Positions 61,779-64,000 of a DNA stretch of 64,000 nucleotides are shown one piece after another. Made by a program: the position numbers and the translations under genes. This DNA is from Candidatus Gottesmanbacteria bacterium RIFCSPLOWO2_01_FULL_43_11b. GTDB taxonomy: Bacteria; Patescibacteriota; Microgenomatia; UBA10105; UBA927. Numbering within the stretch: the first letter of the stretch is position 1; each line of letters starts with the position of its first letter. The stretch spans positions 629,466-693,465 of the forward strand of contig MFJV01000001.1 in the NCBI GenBank assembly GCA_001780985.1. Reading direction: 5' to 3'. The notes under the pieces were generated by a model, which saw only the letters and a list, made by a program, of their open reading frames with translations, was not told the DNA's origin and did no database searches.

Positions 61779-62536
61779 CCATTGTTCCGAAAATAAAAAC
61801 AGAACTTCAAAGAATGGAAGAGGGCGGTAAAATGCTCGGACGCATATTATCGCAACTTCTTAAAGATGCGAAACCAGGCGTCGTGTTACAAGATCTTGAA
61901 ACTATGGCGCAAGATCTCATTGCCAAAACCGGCGGTACGCCCTCTTTTCAAACGGTCAAAGGATACCGATGGGCAACCTGTCTATGCATTAATGACGTGG
62001 TTGTGCATGGTGTTCCTTCAGGATACAAACTTAACCGAGGGGACGTGTTAACGATTGATATCGGACTTATATATAAAGGCTTGCATACGGATATGGCATG
62101 GACAAAAGTAGTCGGAGGGGATAAGGAAAAAGAGAAATTTTTGAAAACCGGCATTTATGCTCTTGAGAATGCAATTAAAGTAGCTACAGCCGGAAATCGA
62201 ATCGGTCATATCTCCAAGGCTATTGAGGAAACGATTGAAGGAGCCGGCTATAGTATCGTAAAATCGCTTGTAGGTCACGGTGTGGGGGCAGAGCTCCACG
62301 AACCGCCGCAGGTACCTGGATTTGTGCGGGGATCACTCAACCGAACAGAATTACTTATTGCTGGAATGACTATTGCCATTGAAGTAATTTATGCAAAGGG
62401 CAAAGGAGCGGTTGTATACGCCAATGACGACGGGTGGTCTATAGCTACCGCCGATGGCTCCCTTTCGGCAGTTTTTGAATATACTATAGCGGTGAGGGAC
62501 GGTTCGCCCCTGATATTGACCAAATTCGGGAAATAG
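61775..62536 (+). CDS. map: Methionine aminopeptidase type I
   Basis: Pita-bread fold metal ligands: VVHGVP, DIG, HGVGAELHEPP, EYT. Confidence 0.9.
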   Translation: MTIVPKIKTELQRMEEGGKMLGRILSQLLKDAKPGVVLQDLETMAQDLIAKTGGTPSFQTVKGYRWATCLCINDVVVHGVPSGYKLNRGDVLTIDIGLIYKGLHTDMAWTKVVGGDKEKEKFLKTGIYALENAIKVATAGNRIGHISKAIEETIEGAGYSIVKSLVGHGVGAELHEPPQVPGFVRGSLNRTELLIAGMTIAIEVIYAKGKGAVVYANDDGWSIATADGSLSAVFEYTIAVRDGSPLILTKFGK

Positions 62537-62587
62537 GGTAGAATAAACTCTTATTAACGAACCCCATGGTCGTGATGGGGATTTTTC

Positions 62588-62815
62588 GTGTCATATATGG
62601 CGCATCAGGGGAATATTGAAATTGAAGGAGAGGTTGTTGAGTGTTTGCCAAATACTCTCTTTCGGGTTAAGTTATCGAATGGTCATATTGTGCTTTGTCA
62701 TCTTTCCGGTAAGATGCGGTTAAATTTTATCCGCATAATGCCCGGGGATAGAGTGAGATTAGAAATGACACCATATGATGCAACGAAAGGCAGAATTACG
62801 TATAGGATGAAATGA
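62588..62815 (+). CDS. infA: Translation initiation factor IF-1
   Basis: [60 protein letters not shown]. True start may be MAHQG at 62597. Confidence 0.88.
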   Translation: MSYMAHQGNIEIEGEVVECLPNTLFRVKLSNGHIVLCHLSGKMRLNFIRIMPGDRVRLEMTPYDATKGRITYRMK

Positions 62816-62837
62816 TCCCGCAGAGCGGGACAAGCTT

Positions 62838-62951
62838 ATGAAAGTACGAGCGAGTGTTAAACCAATGTGCAGAAAATGTAAAATAGTCCGTCGTCGGGGA
62901 CGGGTGTATATTATCTGCGATATTCCTAAACATAAACAAAGACAAGGGTAA
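62838..62951 (+). CDS. rpmJ: 50S ribosomal protein L36
   Basis: 37 aa, [37 protein letters not shown], translated manually (below the ORF-track cutoff). Preceded by hairpin TCCCGC aga GCGGGA (62816-30). Confidence 0.85.
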   Translation: MKVRASVKPMCRKCKIVRRRGRVYIICDIPKHKQRQG

Positions 62952-62955
62952 AAAT

Positions 62956-63369
62956 ATGATAAGAATTGCAGGCGTTGATTTACCGGATGAAAAGCGTGTA
63001 GATATTGCTCTCACGTATCTTTACGGGGTCGGGAGAAGCAACGTTGTACCCATTTTAAAAGAGGCAAAAATTGATGCCGGAAGACGTCTTAAAACGCTCA
63101 ATGAAGAGGAAGTGAATCGCTTAGCAAAAATAGTAGAGAAAAATTATTCGGTCGAAGGAGATCTCCGAAGATCTGTTTCTGAAAGCATAAAACGGTTGAT
63201 TGACATTCGAAGTTACAGAGGCACCCGTCATACAAAAAAGCTCCCGGCCCGCGGTCAACGTACAAGAACCAACGCCCGAACTAAAAGAGGGAAACGCATG
63301 ACCGTTGGAGCTCTCAAGAAAGAAGACCGGGCACGGACAGAAGAGACAAAAGCAGAACCTGCTAAATAA
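62956..63369 (+). CDS. rpsM: 30S ribosomal protein S13
   Basis: MIRIAGVDLPDEKRVDIALTYLYGVGRS. Confidence 0.9.
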   Translation: MIRIAGVDLPDEKRVDIALTYLYGVGRSNVVPILKEAKIDAGRRLKTLNEEEVNRLAKIVEKNYSVEGDLRRSVSESIKRLIDIRSYRGTRHTKKLPARGQRTRTNARTKRGKRMTVGALKKEDRARTEETKAEPAK

Positions 63370-63377
63370 AATATTCT

Positions 63378-63749
63378 ATGGCAGTCACAAAAACAAAACA
63401 CGTCGCTGAAAAAGGAAAAGTATTTATCACTGCAACGTTTAATAACACGTTGGTGACTGTAACGGATATGGAAGGGAATACTATCGGATGGGGATCATCG
63501 GGTTTAGTCGGATTTAAAGGCGCACGAAAATCTACGCCGTATGCAGCAACGACTGCGGTAGAGGCTGTTGCAAGGAAAGTCCAGACACAGGGACTTCGGG
63601 AAGTAGAGGTATACATTAAAGGACCAGGGGCGGGGCGTGATGCCGCGCTGCGTGCTCTTAAATCTGTCGGATTACGTATAAGTTTGATTGCTGATGTAAC
63701 CCCCCTTCCGCATAACGGAGTGAGGGCAAAGAAAAAGAGAAGGGTATAA
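63378..63749 (+). CDS. rpsK: 30S ribosomal protein S11
   Basis: [30 protein letters not shown]...TPYAA. Confidence 0.9.
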   Translation: MAVTKTKHVAEKGKVFITATFNNTLVTVTDMEGNTIGWGSSGLVGFKGARKSTPYAATTAVEAVARKVQTQGLREVEVYIKGPGAGRDAALRALKSVGLRISLIADVTPLPHNGVRAKKKRRV

Positions 63750-63751
63750 TA

Positions 63752-64000
63752 TGGCACGATATACTGGACCAAAAAACAGATTAGCACGGCGAGAAGGGCT
63801 TGATTTAGGGCTCAAAACGATAGGCTCTAAATCGCATGCGTCCCTCCTTCGAAGGCTAAACATTCCTCCGGGCCAACATGGCGCTCGGGGAAAAAGAAAA
63901 CAGTCTGATTACGGGTTGCAACTGAGGGAGAAACAGAAGGTTAAGCGCATATACGGAGTGCTTGAGCGACAGTTCCGCCGATACTTTGAACACGCGCGCA
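63752..64000 (+). CDS. rpsD: 30S ribosomal protein S4 (partial, 3' end beyond window; no N-terminal Cys cluster)
   Basis: [23 protein letters not shown]...[22 protein letters not shown]. Confidence 0.85.

Overview
The window looks like a small-genome bacterial segment, probably Candidate Phyla Radiation / Patescibacteria. The evidence for that lineage call is: standard stop codons, S14 type Z, no L30 gene between rpsE and rplO, short AlaRS and MetRS, an archaeal-type UPF0200 kinase, sortase, and a GT39 glycosyltransferase. The right half (32.6-64 kb) is the conserved translation/transcription super-operon: rpoB-rpoC-rpsL-rpsG, fusA-tuf-rpsJ, the S10/spc/alpha ribosomal protein genes, and secY-adk-map-infA-rpmJ-rpsM-rpsK-rpsD. 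It is interrupted by non-canonical insertions. A roughly 6 kb block sits between rpsG and fusA (SGDH-like dehydrogenase, DsbD/TlpA fusion, CvpA-CAP fusion, MGMT, orphan ORFs). A GIY-YIG nuclease and a YciI-like gene sit between secY and adk. A UPF0200 P-loop kinase sits between adk and map. The left half encodes, in order:
- an NAD salvage pair, a VanW protein, a solute-binding protein translationally coupled to a nucleotidyltransferase-fold protein, and groES/groEL;
- a minus-strand envelope glycosylation cluster (UbiA-family, GT4 MraY/WecA-like, GT39 PMT-like, two GT2 genes), tatD and metG;
- a block of hypothetical genes (XRE regulator, small protein, 543-aa membrane protein with a possible TIR-like region; DUF2207 plus a small membrane protein);
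- MltG, a thymidine/AMP phosphorylase-family gene, sortase, a 692-aa membrane protein and alaS;
- a TrpR-like regulator flanked by 30-bp palindromes, divergent from a cupin / atypical APH-like / membrane / CutA operon.
Structures seen outside the coding features: a short palindromic repeat present in two copies (one inserted in-frame inside tatD, one 7 nt upstream of the GIY-YIG gene), a roughly 39-bp duplicated gene-end flanking an orphan ORF, a 140-bp inverted-repeat intergenic element, and a terminator-like hairpin that sequesters the rplC ribosome-binding site. No rRNA, tRNA or CRISPR array was found.
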